A DNA stretch of 29,043 bases from a virus. Lineage: Duplodnaviria; Caudoviricetes. The notes under the pieces are model-generated. The model saw only the letters and a program-made list of their open reading frames with translations. It ran no database searches and had not been told where the DNA came from. The stretch is from positions 1 through 29,043 of the IMG/VR virus record IMGVR_UViG_3300030372_000517. The stretch is one strand, 5' to 3'. This document shows positions 1 to 9,570 of this stretch, one piece after another. Position 1 is the stretch's first letter. Each line of letters begins with the position of its first letter. A program made the position numbers and the translations under genes.

Positions 1-810
1 CGCAAAATTCCCTCAACGGTTCAGGAAATAAACTATGAGGTGAATGGCACGACAACTCAACTTGAGTGGGAGCCAATTTCAGACGCCAATCTGAGTTATT
101 ATTTGATACGCCATGCTGTTGAAACCTCTAGTGCAAAGTGGTCGGACGCAACAACGGCTGTGGCTAAAGTAAGCCGCCCTGCTAACTCTATATCTGTTCC
201 AGCTCGTTCAGGAACTTACATGATTAAGGCGTATTCAAAAGGCGGCAAACCATCTGCTGGCTATGCTTCTGTCGTTGTTCCATCAGCCGATTTAAACTCT
301 TATTCTCAGTCGCTTACGCAAGCTGAAGCTCCTAATTTCACAGGGTCGAAAATCGGTTTAACCGTAGCCAGCAACAAAATCTACAACACAACAGGATCAA
401 CGGCGACCATCGTTCAATATGATTTCTCAAACTATATTCAAACTCATGACAGCGCTGTTCGCTTAGTAAATATCCGCATTGATGCAACGGTTGATCGCAA
501 GGATTTGACCAATGGATTGTTTGATGCTTTACCGAATGACTTCGATGATTTGCCAACGGGTTTCATTTACAACGAAAATACTGGTTTTGATTACGTACAC
601 ACGGCTGAACATCACGGCGATTGTAATTTAATTTACCAAGTTTCAACGACAAACGATGATCCAGCGGGGTCGCCCTCATGGTCAAGTTACAAAACATTTC
701 GAGCGGGTCAGTTTAGTGGACGGGCGTTTCGTTTTGCTGTATATTTTAGATCAACGTCAGATGGCTTTAGTCCAGAAGTGTCTGCCCTTACCGCCTACGT
801 GGAGTATTAA
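1..810 (+). CDS. Tail tip / host-specificity (J-like) protein, C-terminal part; 5'-truncated
   Basis: Frame is open from base 1 (RKIPSTVQEINYEV...), so GTG 40 is not the true start; FN3-like segment (LEWEPISDANLSYYLIRH...GTYMIKAY) and C-terminal WSSYKTFRAGQFSGRAFRF; directly upstream of fibre genes. Confidence 0.7.
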   Translation, partial: RKIPSTVQEINYEVNGTTTQLEWEPISDANLSYYLIRHAVETSSAKWSDATTAVAKVSRPANSISVPARSGTYMIKAYSKGGKPSAGYASVVVPSADLNSYSQSLTQAEAPNFTGSKIGLTVASNKIYNTTGSTATIVQYDFSNYIQTHDSAVRLVNIRIDATVDRKDLTNGLFDALPNDFDDLPTGFIYNENTGFDYVHTAEHHGDCNLIYQVSTTNDDPAGSPSWSSYKTFRAGQFSGRAFRFAVYFRSTSDGFSPEVSALTAYVEY

Positions 811-812
811 AA

Positions 813-1472
813 ATGTCTCAACATGATATGGATATTGCAAATCAAGCGGCTGCGGCACTTAGAGCAGATTTGAATAATGCGCTGCAAGCCTTAGCGTCAA
901 CGAGTTCAGGAACTGCGGCACCTTCAACAACCTATCCAAATCAATTCTGGTACGAGACAGACACAGGATACCTTTACTTTAGAAACGAAGCTAACTCAGC
1001 AAATATCCTTGTTGGATTAATGAACCAAAGCACAAACTACTTTAACATTCATCAGCAAGCGCGCGTCTTTGATGGAAATGAAAGCAGCTATACGGAAGTC
1101 GGGAGTTTACAGCGTGTAGGTTCAGCGACCCTTGCGGCGGGTGTAAGCACTCACGGCGGATTAATTACGGGTGCAAATTTCAAGGCTGCTGTTGATACGC
1201 TCATTGCAACAACTGGCATTGGAACTAGTCAAACTTGGCAAGACGTTTCAAGCAGTCGCGCAGTTTCAACTGTCTATCAAAATACAACGGGAAAGCCGAT
1301 ACAGGTGAACGTGGACACAAACGCAGATGTCGTGTTGCAACTTAGCGCTGATAACTCAACATACATATCGGTTGGCACAACTTTAAATGGGGTGACGGCA
1401 ATCGTTCCAGACGATCACTATTACAAGGTCAACGGGTCTGCGACTGTTGGTTATTGGGCAGAATTGAGGTAA
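813..1472 (+). CDS. Short tail fibre / receptor-binding protein
   Basis: N-terminus MSQHDMDIANQ...RADLNNALQALAS typical of marine phage fibre anchors; C-terminal QTWQDV...YQNTTGKPIQV...WAELR fibre-tip-like domain. Confidence 0.7.
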   Translation: MSQHDMDIANQAAAALRADLNNALQALASTSSGTAAPSTTYPNQFWYETDTGYLYFRNEANSANILVGLMNQSTNYFNIHQQARVFDGNESSYTEVGSLQRVGSATLAAGVSTHGGLITGANFKAAVDTLIATTGIGTSQTWQDVSSSRAVSTVYQNTTGKPIQVNVDTNADVVLQLSADNSTYISVGTTLNGVTAIVPDDHYYKVNGSATVGYWAELR

Positions 1473-1475
1473 ATC

Positions 1476-4400
1476 ATGGCTGATAAAAAAATAAGTGAAT
1501 TAACAGCGCTTACAGGCTCAAGCGTTGCAACTGATGACAAGCTGGTTATCGTTGATACCTCTGCGAATCTGACCAAAAACATCACGATAGATGAATTTAA
1601 AAATGCCTTAGATACGGCCACAGGTTTTGTTCGCATTACGGGCGACACTATGACGGGTGGATTAGTTGCGCCTTCTCTGTCCGTAGACAACATAACCATT
1701 GATGGCACTGAGATAGACTTATCCAGTGGCACTTTAACTATTGATGCTGCAAGTATAACACTAGATGCTTCTGACTCTATCTCTACTACAACAGCAGGTT
1801 CAAACAACGTCAAACTAGGTGCTAATGCAGGTAACAGTATTGCTTCTGGTGGTAATCAAAATGTGGTTATAGGTGATGAAGCTGGTACTGCAATTACTAC
1901 GGGTATTGAAAATGTCCTTGTTGGCTACGCAGCAGGTGATGCCCTTACAGATGCAGACTTTAATGTGGCAGTTGGACGTGCCTCATTAAGCACAGATACG
2001 TTAGGTAGTAAGTCTACAGCTATTGGTCAAGGCGCATTAAATACTCAAAACTTTACAACAGCTACGGATACTTTTAATACAGCAGTTGGTTTTTTTGCAG
2101 GCCTATCAAATACTACAGGAACTTACAATACTTTCATTGGTTCAGAAGCAGGTGAGGCAAATACTACTGGTGCTAACAACACTGCTGTCGGTGCATTAGC
2201 TTTAGAGTCAAACACTGTAGGAACTAACAATGTTGCTGTAGGTCAAGCCTCTTTGTTTGAAAATATTTTAGGGTCAAAAAGTATTGCTGTTGGACGAGGT
2301 ACATTACAAAATCAAAATTACACTACAGCTACAGATGCTTACAATACGGCTGTTGGACATGAGGCAGGTAATGACATTACAACAGGCACAAACAACACTC
2401 TTATTGGTGGTTTAGCAGGTACGGCGATGACCACGGGGGTTAACAATGTTCTTGTTGGTGCTCTGTCAGGTGATGTTCTTACTGATGCTGATTACAATGT
2501 TGCAGTAGGGCATCAATCATTAACGTCTGATACAAAAGGCGGTAGTGCGGTAGCAGTAGGCTATGCAGCTTTATTTTCACAAAACTTCACTACAAGCACC
2601 GATAATTACAATACAGGGGTTGGCTACAACGCAGGTGGTGCAGTCACAACAGGTCTATATAACACTCTCATCGGTGGTCTTGCAGGTGATGCTTTAACTG
2701 ATGCTGATGACAACACAGCCGTTGGAGTTGGGGCTTTAACTACTGATACTTTAGGCAGTAAGTCTGTAGCCGTTGGTAGAGGAGCATTACAAACACAAAA
2801 CTTCACTACTGCTGCAGATAGCAACAATACAGCCGTTGGCTATCATGCAGGTGTAAGCATCACCAATGGCACAAGCAATACGTTATTCGGCACACAAGCA
2901 GGTGATGCTCTTACAGATGGGGCAGAAAATGTGGCAGTTGGAGTTCAAGCATTAAGCAGTGAAGATGGTAATGGTAACAATACAGCCGTTGGTATGCAAG
3001 CATTAAGAGATTTAAATGCAGGAGCAACTGGTAATAACGTAGCAGTTGGACACATTGCAGGTAGACTAATGTCAACAGGCATACAAAATACTCTTATAGG
3101 TGCTTCTGCTGGCGATGCTTTAACTACAGGAAGTGATAATGTAGCTATAGGTCATGCTGCACTAACTAGTGATGATGTAGGAAGTAAGTCAACAGCAGTG
3201 GGTGCAGATGCACTATCATCACTAAATATGTCAGTAGCTACAGATACTCATAATACAGCAGTTGGCTATCAAGCAGGTGTAAGTGTTTCAACAGGAATCC
3301 ATAATACAATTATAGGTAGTATAGCAGGTGATGCACTTACTGCTGCTGATTATAATGTAGTATTGGGTAAAGGTGCATTAAGCACTGATGTTAGAGGTAG
3401 CAGATCAACTGCTTTAGGTTATGAGGCTTTGTTTGCTCAAAACTTTACCACAGCTACAAATACTAATAATGTGGCAGTGGGCTATAATGCAGGTGTAGCA
3501 GTTACAACAGGTGTAGACAACACTATTATAGGTGGACTAGCAGGTGACGCACTAACTGATGCAGACTTTAATACTGCGGTTGGTACAAGGGCATTAACTA
3601 CAAATCAACTAGGCAGTTATTCTACAGCTATTGGTAATGATACTTTAGCAACACAAAATCCTACTACAGCTACAAGTATGTTTAATGTAGCTGTTGGAAG
3701 TGGTGCAGGTAATGCAGTCACAACAGGTATACAAAACACTCTTATAGGTGGAGCAGCAGGTGATGCTCTTACTACTGGTAGTTATAATACTGCACTTGGT
3801 TATGCAGCTTTAAGTGCAGACGATTTGGGTTCTCAAAGTGTAGCAGTTGGTTATCATGCCCTTGTAGCACAAAACTATGCTACAGCCACAACAAGTTACA
3901 ACACAGCCGTTGGATCAAGTGCAGGTGCAAACATTTCAACAGGCATAAGAAACACCCTAATAGGCGGTGCGGCAGGGGATGCTCTTACGGATGCTGATTA
4001 CAACACAGCTATTGGAATGGGTGCTTTAGGAGTAGATACATTAGGCAGTAAATCAACTGCTGTTGGTGTGGATGCCCTAGCTACTCAAAACTTTACTACA
4101 GCTACAGACAGTAATAATACTGCTGTTGGCTATAGTGCAGGTATAGCAGTTACAACAGGCATCCGAAACACTCTTATAGGTAGTGAAGCTGGAGATTCCT
4201 TAACTGATGCAGATGACAACACAGCAATAGGAGCTTTAGCACTAAGTGGTGATCAAATGGGTAGCTTTTCTACAGCTATTGGTAGAGGTGCATTAAAAGT
4301 ACAGAGCTTTTCCACTGCTACGAGTGCTCACAATACGGCTGTTGGCTATAGTGCTGGTGAAAATGTTTCAACAGGTATACAAAATACTTTTATAGGTAGT

Positions 4401-5417
4401 GTAGCAGGTGATGCAACAACTGATGCTGACTATAATGTGGCAGTAGGGTATGGGGCTTTAACTACAAATGTTCTTGGAAGTGCTTCTACGGCTATTGGAC
4501 GTAATGCTTTAAGTATTCAAAACCCTGCAACTGCAAATAGTATGAACAATACTGCAGTAGGATATTCTGCTGGTGAATTAGTTACTACAGGTGTTAATAA
4601 TACTTTTGTTGGATATGCTGCTGGTGATGGCACAGATGATGGTGTCGACAACGTAGCATTAGGATATAATGCTTTAAGTGCAAACTGTGGTAACGGCAAT
4701 GTTGCGGTTGGTGCTGCTGCTGCACAAATTTTGACAGGTGGTTATAACACTTGTCTTGGCGCAGGTGCAGGAGCAAAAATAGGTGCCGCAGATATAAACA
4801 TTTGTGTTGGGGGTTTTTCAGGAGCCGAAATAACAACAGGAACTGAAAACGTAACAATAGGTTATTTAGCAGGTCGTCATGGTATAAATCTTCAAACTGG
4901 TAGTAGAAATATTCTTCTTGGCTCTTACACTGACACAACTGCAACAGACTCTACAGGAGCTACTGCAATAGGATACAATGTTTCTGGTGAAGGTGGGTAT
5001 ACAACTTTAGGTAGTGGTACTGATGATATTAGAGCAGCACACGGAACAGCAACATGGAATACAGTATCAGATGAACGCTACAAGAAAGACATTGTAGATT
5101 CTACAGCGGGTTTGTCATTTATTAAGGCTTTAAAGCCCCGCACATTTAAGTATAAAAATCTTGGGGAACTTCCCGAAACATTTAGAGCTTATGAGGCTGA
5201 CTCAACAGATGTCTTTAAAAACTCTAACACAAACCACGGGTTTATAGCTCAAGAAGTTAAAGCTGCTATTGATGCTGATAGCAGTATTAAAGATGGCTTT
5301 AAACTTTGGAATGAAAGAGCAGATGGTTCACAAGAGGTTGGTGAAGCCGCACTCATACCGATCTTAGTCAAAGCAATACAAGAGCTTGAAGCTCGTATAG
5401 CAACACTAGAAGAATAA
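1476..5417 (+). CDS. Long repeat tail fibre with C-terminal peptidase S74 intramolecular chaperone
   Basis: MADKKISELTAL anchor; dozens of NxAVG/NTLIG YadA-head-like units; SDERYKKDI cleavage motif, HGFIAQEV and terminal coiled coil LVKAIQELEARIATLE. Confidence 0.85.
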   Translation: MADKKISELTALTGSSVATDDKLVIVDTSANLTKNITIDEFKNALDTATGFVRITGDTMTGGLVAPSLSVDNITIDGTEIDLSSGTLTIDAASITLDASDSISTTTAGSNNVKLGANAGNSIASGGNQNVVIGDEAGTAITTGIENVLVGYAAGDALTDADFNVAVGRASLSTDTLGSKSTAIGQGALNTQNFTTATDTFNTAVGFFAGLSNTTGTYNTFIGSEAGEANTTGANNTAVGALALESNTVGTNNVAVGQASLFENILGSKSIAVGRGTLQNQNYTTATDAYNTAVGHEAGNDITTGTNNTLIGGLAGTAMTTGVNNVLVGALSGDVLTDADYNVAVGHQSLTSDTKGGSAVAVGYAALFSQNFTTSTDNYNTGVGYNAGGAVTTGLYNTLIGGLAGDALTDADDNTAVGVGALTTDTLGSKSVAVGRGALQTQNFTTAADSNNTAVGYHAGVSITNGTSNTLFGTQAGDALTDGAENVAVGVQALSSEDGNGNNTAVGMQALRDLNAGATGNNVAVGHIAGRLMSTGIQNTLIGASAGDALTTGSDNVAIGHAALTSDDVGSKSTAVGADALSSLNMSVATDTHNTAVGYQAGVSVSTGIHNTIIGSIAGDALTAADYNVVLGKGALSTDVRGSRSTALGYEALFAQNFTTATNTNNVAVGYNAGVAVTTGVDNTIIGGLAGDALTDADFNTAVGTRALTTNQLGSYSTAIGNDTLATQNPTTATSMFNVAVGSGAGNAVTTGIQNTLIGGAAGDALTTGSYNTALGYAALSADDLGSQSVAVGYHALVAQNYATATTSYNTAVGSSAGANISTGIRNTLIGGAAGDALTDADYNTAIGMGALGVDTLGSKSTAVGVDALATQNFTTATDSNNTAVGYSAGIAVTTGIRNTLIGSEAGDSLTDADDNTAIGALALSGDQMGSFSTAIGRGALKVQSFSTATSAHNTAVGYSAGENVSTGIQNTFIGSVAGDATTDADYNVAVGYGALTTNVLGSASTAIGRNALSIQNPATANSMNNTAVGYSAGELVTTGVNNTFVGYAAGDGTDDGVDNVALGYNALSANCGNGNVAVGAAAAQILTGGYNTCLGAGAGAKIGAADINICVGGFSGAEITTGTENVTIGYLAGRHGINLQTGSRNILLGSYTDTTATDSTGATAIGYNVSGEGGYTTLGSGTDDIRAAHGTATWNTVSDERYKKDIVDSTAGLSFIKALKPRTFKYKNLGELPETFRAYEADSTDVFKNSNTNHGFIAQEVKAAIDADSSIKDGFKLWNERADGSQEVGEAALIPILVKAIQELEARIATLEE
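1910..4620 (+). repeat. Degenerate coding repeat, 17-aa units grouped into a 72-aa (216-nt) super-repeat
   Basis: QNF/QNP/QNY/QSF anchor codons at 3438, 3654, 3870, 4086, 4302, 4518 are exactly 216 nt apart; about 11 anchors in total; limits approximate. Confidence 0.85.
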
Positions 5418-5420
5418 ACA

Positions 5421-6065
5421 ATGGAACTACTAGCAAGAAACTTCCCTAACATTGGCGTAGTGGAAGGAAAACTATCAGAAGAAATAGTTGATGACTTGTG
5501 GATATTAATAAACGAAGCAAGAGAACAACCAGAAGATATGAAGCCTGAATTAGCAGGTAACATTAGTTCTTCTATCAGACTAGATAGTAAGTCAGATTTA
5601 ATAGAAGATTTTGTAGGTGAAGTAATACCAGCCTATATGAGAAAACACTTGGAAGAGTATGGCACACCCTATCGTTTGACTATGAAAGAAGATGAAGGGT
5701 TTAACTTAGAAAGCTTATGGGTAAACTTTCAAAAGCAGAACGAGTTTAATCCACCACACGATCATGCAGGTGTTTACAGCTTTGTAATATGGATGCAAAT
5801 CCCTACATCCTATGAAGAACAACGCAAGCTACCGATTTGTGCAGAGTCAAATGCAGACAATCACATAAGTAACTTTGCATTTAGTTACACAAATACGTTA
5901 GGCAGGGTGTCAACCTTTGCATATAATATGGAGAAACAAGCAGAAGGATATATGGTAATGTTTCCTTCATGCTTACTTCATCAGGTCTTTCCCTTTTATA
6001 ATGATGATGGTGAAAGAATATCAATATCTGGTAACATTAATATAGGAGAAATGAACAATGGCTAG
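5421..6065 (+). CDS. 2OG-Fe(II) oxygenase superfamily protein (2OG-FeII_Oxy_5-like)
   Basis: WVNFQ...NPPHDH...YSFVIW, distal His in FPSCLLHQV, terminal ERISISGN. Confidence 0.8.
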   Translation: MELLARNFPNIGVVEGKLSEEIVDDLWILINEAREQPEDMKPELAGNISSSIRLDSKSDLIEDFVGEVIPAYMRKHLEEYGTPYRLTMKEDEGFNLESLWVNFQKQNEFNPPHDHAGVYSFVIWMQIPTSYEEQRKLPICAESNADNHISNFAFSYTNTLGRVSTFAYNMEKQAEGYMVMFPSCLLHQVFPFYNDDGERISISGNINIGEMNNG

Positions 6066-6330
6066 AGAAACAGAAGTAATGGAACAGGCATATAATGCTT
6101 GTCTTGATGGTGCAAAAACAGTTAACTCTGTAATTGCAACACACAACAAAGGCAGTGATGCTACATCAGCAGACTTTGCATACGACATGACACATGACGA
6201 AAAGAAGGCTCGTGTAAGTCGTAGTGTAGGATACCTTAAGCATCAGAAGGATACATACTCAGATTGGGGTAGCAAGGACTTTACAGCAATCAATGCAGCT
6301 ATAACTGCTGCTGATAGTTTTACGTCATAA
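6058..6330 (+). CDS. Hypothetical protein (90 aa)
   Basis: AGGAG upstream; overlaps oxygenase end; same codon style as fibre module. Confidence 0.7.
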   Translation: MARETEVMEQAYNACLDGAKTVNSVIATHNKGSDATSADFAYDMTHDEKKARVSRSVGYLKHQKDTYSDWGSKDFTAINAAITAADSFTS

Positions 6331-6332
6331 AT

Positions 6333-6542
6333 ATGAAATTTGATGCTATATTTGCTTCAGCAATAGGAATTACGCTGGCATTAATAGCGGGATTTTATGC
6401 TATGTTGAAAATGATCTTTACTAACCATACAAAAATAAGAGTGCTTGAAACAGAATTAAATAATATGGCTGCTATTCTGCAAGAAGTTCGTGACGACCAG
6501 AAAGAACTTTTTAAAGAAATCCGCAGCGTCAGAAAAACCTAA
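6333..6542 (+). CDS. Small membrane protein, one TM plus coiled coil
   Basis: Hydrophobic AIFASAIGITLALIAGFYAML followed by heptad-like segment; tight packing. Confidence 0.65.
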   Translation: MKFDAIFASAIGITLALIAGFYAMLKMIFTNHTKIRVLETELNNMAAILQEVRDDQKELFKEIRSVRKT

Positions 6543-6558
6543 CGCTTAGGGGGTCATT

Positions 6559-7029
6559 ATGATTGATCCCATCACTGCAATTGCGGGAGCAACGGCCGCT
6601 TTTAATGCAATCAAGAAAGGCTGTCAGATTGGCCGTGATCTTGAAAGCATGGGCAAGGATTTATCAAGATGGTCAAAAAGCCTTAGCGATTTTGAATTTG
6701 CGGCCCGACAAATAGAAAAACCGCCTTGGTATAAAACTCTTGGTGGCGGCATCGAAGCGCAAGCTATGGAATTATTTGTTCAAAGGCGACAAATTCAAGC
6801 GCAAAGAGATGAGCTAAGGACTTGGATTTCTGGTACATTAGGTCCGTCTGCGTGGAATGAATTACTGAAAATAGAAGCAGAAGTGCGGCAAGCGCAGAAA
6901 GAGCATGAATATAAACGAATTGAAACTTGGCAAAAGATAACTGAATGGTGTTTAGGCATTGTTTTGTTTATAATTAGTGTAGGTGGTTTATTTGTTTTAG
7001 TTTGGTTAATTAGGTCAGCAAATGGTTAG
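6559..7029 (+). CDS. Hypothetical membrane-anchored protein
   Basis: AGGGGG RBS; MIDPITAIAGATAAFNAIKKG start typical of marine phage hypotheticals; C-terminal TM. Confidence 0.7.
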   Translation: MIDPITAIAGATAAFNAIKKGCQIGRDLESMGKDLSRWSKSLSDFEFAARQIEKPPWYKTLGGGIEAQAMELFVQRRQIQAQRDELRTWISGTLGPSAWNELLKIEAEVRQAQKEHEYKRIETWQKITEWCLGIVLFIISVGGLFVLVWLIRSANG

Positions 7030-7258
7030 TGTCGTTGGTAAGTCTGAATTTGCTATGTTGCACGAGGTAAAACAAGCGCAGCGAAGCATTGAAAGTAAAC
7101 AGGCGCAGCAAAATATTCAGCGCGAACATCAACGTGTTTACAGGCGGCAAAAGACGGTCGAAAAGCAACAGGTTGCTTTAGAATACAGTTATGGTAGATT
7201 GGGCGACAAGAAAGCAGTGGAGCAACCGCAAGGTTTGCGGGTTGATGTAGAGGTGTAA
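7022..7258 (+). CDS. Hypothetical protein (78 aa, Gln-rich)
   Basis: Fills the gap between neighbours with 8-nt overlap. Confidence 0.55.
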   Translation: MVSVVGKSEFAMLHEVKQAQRSIESKQAQQNIQREHQRVYRRQKTVEKQQVALEYSYGRLGDKKAVEQPQGLRVDVEV

Positions 7259-7259
7259 G

Positions 7260-7460
7260 GTGACAAACACTTTTGAAAAAATACTTCAATACAAGCTCAT
7301 GCCTCGTTTAATGATGTTGGTTATGACCGTTATGTATATTAAAGTCATAAATTGGGGAATGAGTCTCGATGACTTGTCAACGCAGCAATCTGCAATGATT
7401 TCGGTGGTTAGCGGGGCCATGACAGGAACAATAGCGGTATGGTTGGGTTCTGAAAAATGA
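7260..7460 (+). CDS. Small two-TM membrane protein (possibly lysis-related)
   Basis: GAGGT RBS, GTG start; two hydrophobic segments; near holin. Confidence 0.65.
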   Translation: MTNTFEKILQYKLMPRLMMLVMTVMYIKVINWGMSLDDLSTQQSAMISVVSGAMTGTIAVWLGSEK

Positions 7461-7461
7461 A

Positions 7462-7692
7462 ATGGTTCTCGCTTTCATATTGGTGGTCTTTGTTAATGGC
7501 GCAAGTCTTGAAATCGGGCAAGGAAAATACATTGCGGCCTTTCGAGACATCCACCGATGCGCTTTCTTTGCAAAAGAAATCGAACGTACCGCCAACGAAA
7601 CGTGGACAACCTCAAGGGTCTATCACCAAAACAAAGTTGACGCATGGTGCGAACCAAGATTTGTCGAAAAACAAACAAAGTTCTGGGATTAA
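7462..7692 (+). CDS. Hypothetical protein with hydrophobic N-terminus and two Cys
   Basis: Starts 1 nt after previous stop and ends 2 nt before next ATG. Confidence 0.6.
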   Translation: MVLAFILVVFVNGASLEIGQGKYIAAFRDIHRCAFFAKEIERTANETWTTSRVYHQNKVDAWCEPRFVEKQTKFWD

Positions 7693-7694
7693 AA

Positions 7695-7889
7695 ATGACA
7701 ATCCAACACGAAGCAGAAGTGCTAAGAAAGCTGCTAGACGAAACAAGAGAGCAAGTTAAAATGATGGAGCATCAAATTAATGATTACCAAGCAGCCTTAG
7801 AACAAGTAGAGGACGGTCAAATAGCTTCTATGACCGAATATCAGCAAGCAATATATAAAATGTTTGAAGCCTTTACGGGGAATAAATGA
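7695..7889 (+). CDS. Hypothetical coiled-coil protein (64 aa)
   Basis: ATG 7695 right after previous TAA; ATGA overlap with holin. Confidence 0.6.
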   Translation: MTIQHEAEVLRKLLDETREQVKMMEHQINDYQAALEQVEDGQIASMTEYQQAIYKMFEAFTGNK

Positions 7890-8344
7890 TTACACTTTTA
7901 GGAAGTTTACTTGGTTTCGGCACATCGTTTTTGCCAGAAGTTTTAAACTATTTTAAGGCAGGGCAAGACCACAAGCATAAACTTGAGCTAATGCAAGTTG
8001 AAATGCAAATGATGGCAAAACGCTCCGAGCTTAAACTACAACTATTAGATAAAGAAGCGGATATTAAGGAAGCAGAGGGGCTATATAAACATGATAGCGT
8101 GGATGCTGGCGGTTTTATCAATGCACTTCGAGGTAGTGTCCGTCCTATCATTACTTATTGTTTTTTTGGCCTTTTCGTTGCCATTAAAGTAACTGCCTTG
8201 CTTGCGCTAATGGATACGGGGCATGATCTTGGCCGTTCTTTAAGTTTAATATGGGACGATGCTACGGCGGGATTGTTTGCTGCAATTATGTCTTTTTGGT
8301 TTGGTAATCGGGCTGTGAGCAAATATATGAAGGTGAAATTATGA
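7886..8344 (+). CDS. Holin-like protein (GTA holin 3TM family-like)
   Basis: RGSVRPIITY and IMSFWFGNR motifs, hydrophobic segments, ATGA overlap with endolysin. Confidence 0.7.
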   Translation: MITLLGSLLGFGTSFLPEVLNYFKAGQDHKHKLELMQVEMQMMAKRSELKLQLLDKEADIKEAEGLYKHDSVDAGGFINALRGSVRPIITYCFFGLFVAIKVTALLALMDTGHDLGRSLSLIWDDATAGLFAAIMSFWFGNRAVSKYMKVKL

Positions 8345-8814
8345 GTTTTAAACTAAGCCAACGTAGTCTTGATAATCTTGAAGGCGTTGATGAAAGGTTA
8401 GCAGCTGTTGTTAAACAAGCCATACATGACACTAAAATAGATTTTGGGGTTATTTGCGGCCTTAGAACTATTGAAGAACAGCGTATTTTGGTCCAGAAGG
8501 GCGCAAGCCAAACGCTAAAATCTAAACACATTGATGGGAAAGCAGTAGACCTTTTTGCGTATGTTGGTTCAAGGGGTTCGTGGGAATTAAATTTGTACGA
8601 TGATATTGCTGATGCTATGGCGCGATCGGCTAAAAATATAGGTGTTGGCATTTGTTGGGGTGCAGCGTGGTCTACTGGAGCCATCCCCTATCCTATGGAC
8701 ATAAGGTATTGGAACGACACTATGGAAGAGGCTATGAACTCTTACGTTGATAAAAAGCGTGCAATGAACAAGCGAGCATTTATAGATGGGCCTCATTTTG
8801 AACTTATTGATTAA
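8341..8814 (+). CDS. Endolysin, M15 family L-Ala-D-Glu peptidase
   Basis: GLRTIEEQ, SKHIDGKAVD (SxHxxxxAxD) and DGPHFEL zinc motifs. Confidence 0.9.
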   Translation: MSFKLSQRSLDNLEGVDERLAAVVKQAIHDTKIDFGVICGLRTIEEQRILVQKGASQTLKSKHIDGKAVDLFAYVGSRGSWELNLYDDIADAMARSAKNIGVGICWGAAWSTGAIPYPMDIRYWNDTMEEAMNSYVDKKRAMNKRAFIDGPHFELID

Positions 8815-9095
8815 TCAGGTCTTGGAAGTCTGAAACGACTAATTAAGCTGATAAGCTGACGATGTTCAATTTCTAGTTTTTCTTTGATTGTTTCGTGGTC
8901 AAAATCAAGTTTTAGCATCCTATTGATTTTTGTGGCAATTTGGCTCATTTGAATGTTTTTCTGCAGTGGACGCGAGCCATTATTTGATCTGTTACTATCC
9001 CACGTTTCGTTTTTAAAGCCCGTGTAAGGGTCGTGCCGCGCTTTTTGACTTTCAATTTTAGCTAGTCTTTTCATTTCTTTTATGTCAATTTTCAT
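8811..9095 (-). CDS. Hypothetical protein, possible C-terminal HTH
   Basis: AAGGT upstream; stop overlaps endolysin stop in TTAA 8811-8814. Confidence 0.6.
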   Translation of the reverse strand: MKIDIKEMKRLAKIESQKARHDPYTGFKNETWDSNRSNNGSRPLQKNIQMSQIATKINRMLKLDFDHETIKEKLEIEHRQLISLISRFRLPRPD

Positions 9096-9122
9096 TACGT
9101 TTTCTTACCTTATTTTTATTAA

Positions 9123-9338
9123 TTAAATGTTTCGGCCTTTTAATCTTAATTCTTGGACAAATTCCTTTGTTTCTTTTCTGCGCCTATCCCAATCTTGGTT
9201 TACATTCGGATGGATAAAGTTAGTTCTTTGCGCTTCATTATGGCATCGGTCTTCTTGCGTTTTTAAGAATTTAAGATGCGATTTCTCAAAAGGCGTTAAT
9301 TCGTTTTTTGTCTCATCAAAATTCATTATTTCACTCAT
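9123..9338 (-). CDS. Hypothetical protein (71 aa)
   Basis: Part of tightly overlapping leftward gene chain. Confidence 0.6.
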   Translation of the reverse strand: MSEIMNFDETKNELTPFEKSHLKFLKTQEDRCHNEAQRTNFIHPNVNQDWDRRRKETKEFVQELRLKGRNI

Positions 9339-9570
9339 TTTTCTTAGGTCGTGACTTTGGCTTTATAATATAAGAGGCAAGATTTGTTTCAACGCATTTC
9401 ATAATTATGTTGTTACCGTAAATCTCAAAAATTTGATTATATAATGGCATGGCTATTTCGCTATCCATAGCTTCTTGGCAGTACCTTTCTCGATCATATA
9501 AAACTTTTGTTTTCCAAGCCTCACCTTGCACGTGATACGTCAAAACAAGCGCAGTAAAATATTCAATCAT
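9331..9570 (-). CDS. Hypothetical protein (79 aa)
   Basis: 8-nt overlaps with both neighbours; AAGGA upstream. Confidence 0.65.
   Translation of the reverse strand: MIEYFTALVLTYHVQGEAWKTKVLYDRERYCQEAMDSEIAMPLYNQIFEIYGNNIIMKCVETNLASYIIKPKSRPKKNE

Noticed and set aside
1910-4620. Fibre repeats as CRISPR array or DGR template/variable repeats
   Set aside because: Repeats are degenerate, in frame and conserved at protein level; no identical repeats with spacers and no reverse transcriptase in the window
338-5563. Minus-strand ORFs in the tail region, and similar ones opposite head and tail genes
   Set aside because: Antisense shadows of well-supported genes, without recognisable motifs
7022-7258. 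C-terminal GLRVDVEV resembling flagellar-associated small-protein tails
   Set aside because: Motif too short to support a call
7457-7759. 100-aa ORF, possible nested spanin
   Set aside because: No Cys or lipobox; overlaps two better-packed ORFs
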